A DNA stretch of 64,000 nucleotides. Origin: Klebsormidium nitens. Its lineage: Eukaryota; Plantae; Klebsormidiophyceae. A program made the position numbers and the translations under genes. Below the pieces are notes generated by a model. That model saw only the letters and a program-made list of their open reading frames with translations, searched no databases and was not told the DNA's origin. The stretch is from NCBI GenBank assembly GCA_000708835.1, contig DF237080.1, forward strand, positions 62,001 to 126,000. Reading direction: 5' to 3'. Each line of letters starts with the position of its first letter. Within the stretch, counting starts at the first letter, position 1. Below are positions 61,396 to 64,000 of the stretch, one piece after another.

Positions 61396-63547
61396 GCCTC
61401 GCGCATAGGCGTTAGGAGAATCTGCGTTGCCTTAGTGTAGGATCAGGGACTTCAACAGGTTCAAGAAGATGTAGGCAGCCGTGACTCCAGCTACATGTTG
61501 GCGGCCGGGCAAAAGTAGGCTTTCTTGTTTAGCGTTTCACGAGTGAGCACAAGTAGATACCTCCGAAGTTAGGCGGGAGAGATAAGAACGACCGGGCATA
61601 ACCAGGTCGCTTTTCGTAATCATAAAGTTCGCCGATGTCTGAGCGTGGAGGGATTTGGCTAAGCGGAACAGTGAGTGAGTTTCATAAACCATATTTTGTG
61701 CACAGAGACCAGTTGGCCCCGAGCAGAGTGACCGAAATTCCATCGTTTTGCCAGCTGTCTGACTAAGCCGAGCCTCAAAGGCCTGGTATTGCCAATGTCG
61801 ACAAAAGGTGAGAATCCAGTGCCCGCAACAGTAGGCTCGCGGCGAATTACGCATCATGTACGTGCCGCCGCGCTGCTTCGAATTGCAGGCCGGGCGGCAT
61901 GGCCCGGGCAGCCGGCCCCGACCAGGCCGGGGCACGGCTAGCGCTTATACGTATGCATCTGATCACTCAGTGCCTTCGTATGTTCAATCCTGAAGCAGAT
62001 GCTTTTAATTTCATTCAATTTAATGATGAACAACTACTGATACTACAGCTGATGCATGGTAGCTACTCAGTACGCGTGTAGAAGCCATATGACAATTGTC
62101 ACTCTGGATGAGTATAAGCAACCGTCCACTCATGTTGATCAGTAAGATCGTAAGCAGTCTAAGTTGTATACATTCGTATATGATGCAAGTGAACCGTGCA
62201 CCGGCGCTCAGCTAGCGCAGCCGCGGCAATGATGGCATGTCATGTGCCACCTGGCATTGACCATGCAGTCCTATGCAAGCCTGCACCTGGTTCGCGGCGC
62301 GTTAAACTCGAAAGAATTGAGACGTACGTACGTACATATAAGGTTTGGTGCCGCACTCACTAGCTGGCGGCCCGCATGAATTCTGCCCCAGATCGAACAT
62401 AAGTTGAAGTACGCAATTGTCCGTAGATCGCTTTTTCCTCTCTAAAACCGACAGGTCCGCGGCCGCCTCGCGCCACGCGGCGCACCTGATTGTGACGGGC
62501 ATGTCAGATTGTCTATGATAGATCTCAGACCGCTATAAGATCAGCCTCGCCGGGCACTGTGACCGGCCCGGCCCGGCGGCCACGTTGCATGTACACTTAA
62601 CGAGCTAGCTAGCCGCCGTGCCATGAAAGCATCCAAATCATTGAGCCTGGCATCATCGATCTTATACAGGATTGACCATTCCGGACATCCGACTATCCTA
62701 TCATTGCAGAACTGCATTTCCGTATACGTTGTTCGATGCAACAATTCGGCGTCACGCGATCATTCATGATTCGGGTCGATAACAACGTACTTAGCGAGCG
62801 GTATGTGATAGATACTTTGTGGGGCAATCGTGCACTAACCTAACATGCTATGGGCCCCAAACGCGGTGCCAGGACGTACCTACACTACGTGATGCATATG
62901 AATCTTATGGCCTCAGGCATTCGCCTCTGTCCAACTGCAGCTGCACGGCACGTGTAAATTTAGACGACTAGGCGTTGAGGGTCTAATGGTTTTCTATATG
63001 GTCCTTATGCAGCGGCTGAATCCTGTGGCACCCCTATTTCGAGGCGAACAAAGAAGCACGGTCGAATTGCTGTGACGAAAGACCGTCTGCGCTGCGTTCT
63101 ACTGAGCTCAAGGCGCTGCGACATTGCTGAAGCGACCTAGCTAGATCATACTCTCGCCAGCAGCACTATCCTGTGTGTTGAGTCATCTGCCTGGCTTACA
63201 GAGGCGTTTACGGATCTAAGCTACGTAGTGTACATGGAAGGTCGACTGCGCAGCAAACCGCGAAGGCCTCTACTTACGACCTGACGAGATAAATAGGATC
63301 TTTGCTGCGCACCCTTTGACGATCTCGACTGACCAGCGCCAACCTGGCCATGTCCGGACAAAGTCCGCCAAACGCATCCACCCATGCCGTTACCCCAGTT
63401 ACTGGAGATCAAAACGCCCATTTCTGCCCGCCTCTCAACTTCCGTTGAAGGGTCCCCTTTCCCTTAACAACCCCCAATACAATGCTTAGCCCCAACATCT
63501 CAACTCCAGCACAGCTCAACGCGGCTACTTCTTCACAGCCCGTGCTT

Positions 63548-63772
63548 TTACAACTGCTTGACGAACCAGATCCCCAAGTTCTGGAACCGTTGCCGCTTGA
63601 CATCGTGCCCGACGATCCAGTTGTTGTGCACCAGCGCGGCCTCGTCCCCGAACGCGTCCCGCCAGTAGTCGTCCGCAAAGTAAAGGCAGCCGGCGGGGAA
63701 CTGCCGCTGCGGCAAGATGCCCACCTTGAGGTCCTTCAGCATGTTGAGGGCCTTGTTGAAGAACGGTTGGTC
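63548..63772 (-). CDS. Terminal exon of a nucleotide-diphospho-sugar transferase (GT77-like); gene continues beyond the window
   Basis: Acceptor CAG at 63775-63773, then DQPFFNKALNMLKDLKVGILPQRQFPAGCLYF...VHNNWIVGHDVKRQRFQNLGIWF* - the DQ..FN / LP...FP.G / VHNNWI.G..K..RF pattern typical of the family C-terminus. Confidence 0.8.
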   Translation of the reverse strand, partial: DQPFFNKALNMLKDLKVGILPQRQFPAGCLYFADDYWRDAFGDEAALVHNNWIVGHDVKRQRFQNLGIWFVKQL

Positions 63773-64000
63773 CTGCGGTGGGGAATCAACTTAAAGAAGG
63801 ACTCAGCAATTTATGACTGATGTCACACGTGATTGTCCTTTGATAGCTCTGTGTCCGTATGTAAGACAAGGTTGGTCATGTGCAACAAAGCGCAATCTCG
63901 GTCCCAAACCCCACGTCGGTCGAGTATCGCAAACACATACCCCCAAAGTGTTCGGTTCTTACGTTTGTAGACCTTCTGGAAGAAAGAGAAATCCTGAGGA

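Overview
Eukaryotic, intron-dense genomic DNA (about 50% GC, many short exons, GT/GC-AG introns). Gene content and style suggest a streptophyte green alga such as Klebsormidium; this is an inference, not a search result. I assembled exons by hand, and all models close in frame. Genes: (1) secreted ascorbate-oxidase-like multicopper oxidase, 2554-10281(+), with one trinuclear-cluster His replaced by Gln; (2) apparently intronless protein with four CxxC..CxxC zinc-ribbon modules, 12927-14237(+), in a repeat/MITE-rich spacer; (3,4) two tandem GH5_7 endo-beta-mannanases, 18053-26400(+) and 28581-35722(+), with identical internal exon sizes including a 14-nt microexon; (5) secreted His-rich YVTN/YncE-like beta-propeller, 37748-43742(-); (6) membrane-anchored DOMON/EB_dh-type putative heme protein, 44670-49665(-); (7) acetyl-CoA synthetase, 50542-61395(+); (8) last exon of a GT77-like nucleotide-diphospho-sugar transferase, 63548-63772(-). 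Non-coding features include a hAT-like MITE (8-bp TSD), a Mutator-like MITE (9-bp TSD), a dispersed repeat pair and an intronic 107-bp near-perfect hairpin. The most striking pattern is 'splice-junction echoes': tandem duplications of 45-150 bp that capture a splice site plus the exon edge and leave decayed copies in the intron, seen at several junctions in three genes. No rRNA, tRNA or CRISPR array was recognised. Coordinates were counted by hand and could be off by a few bases.
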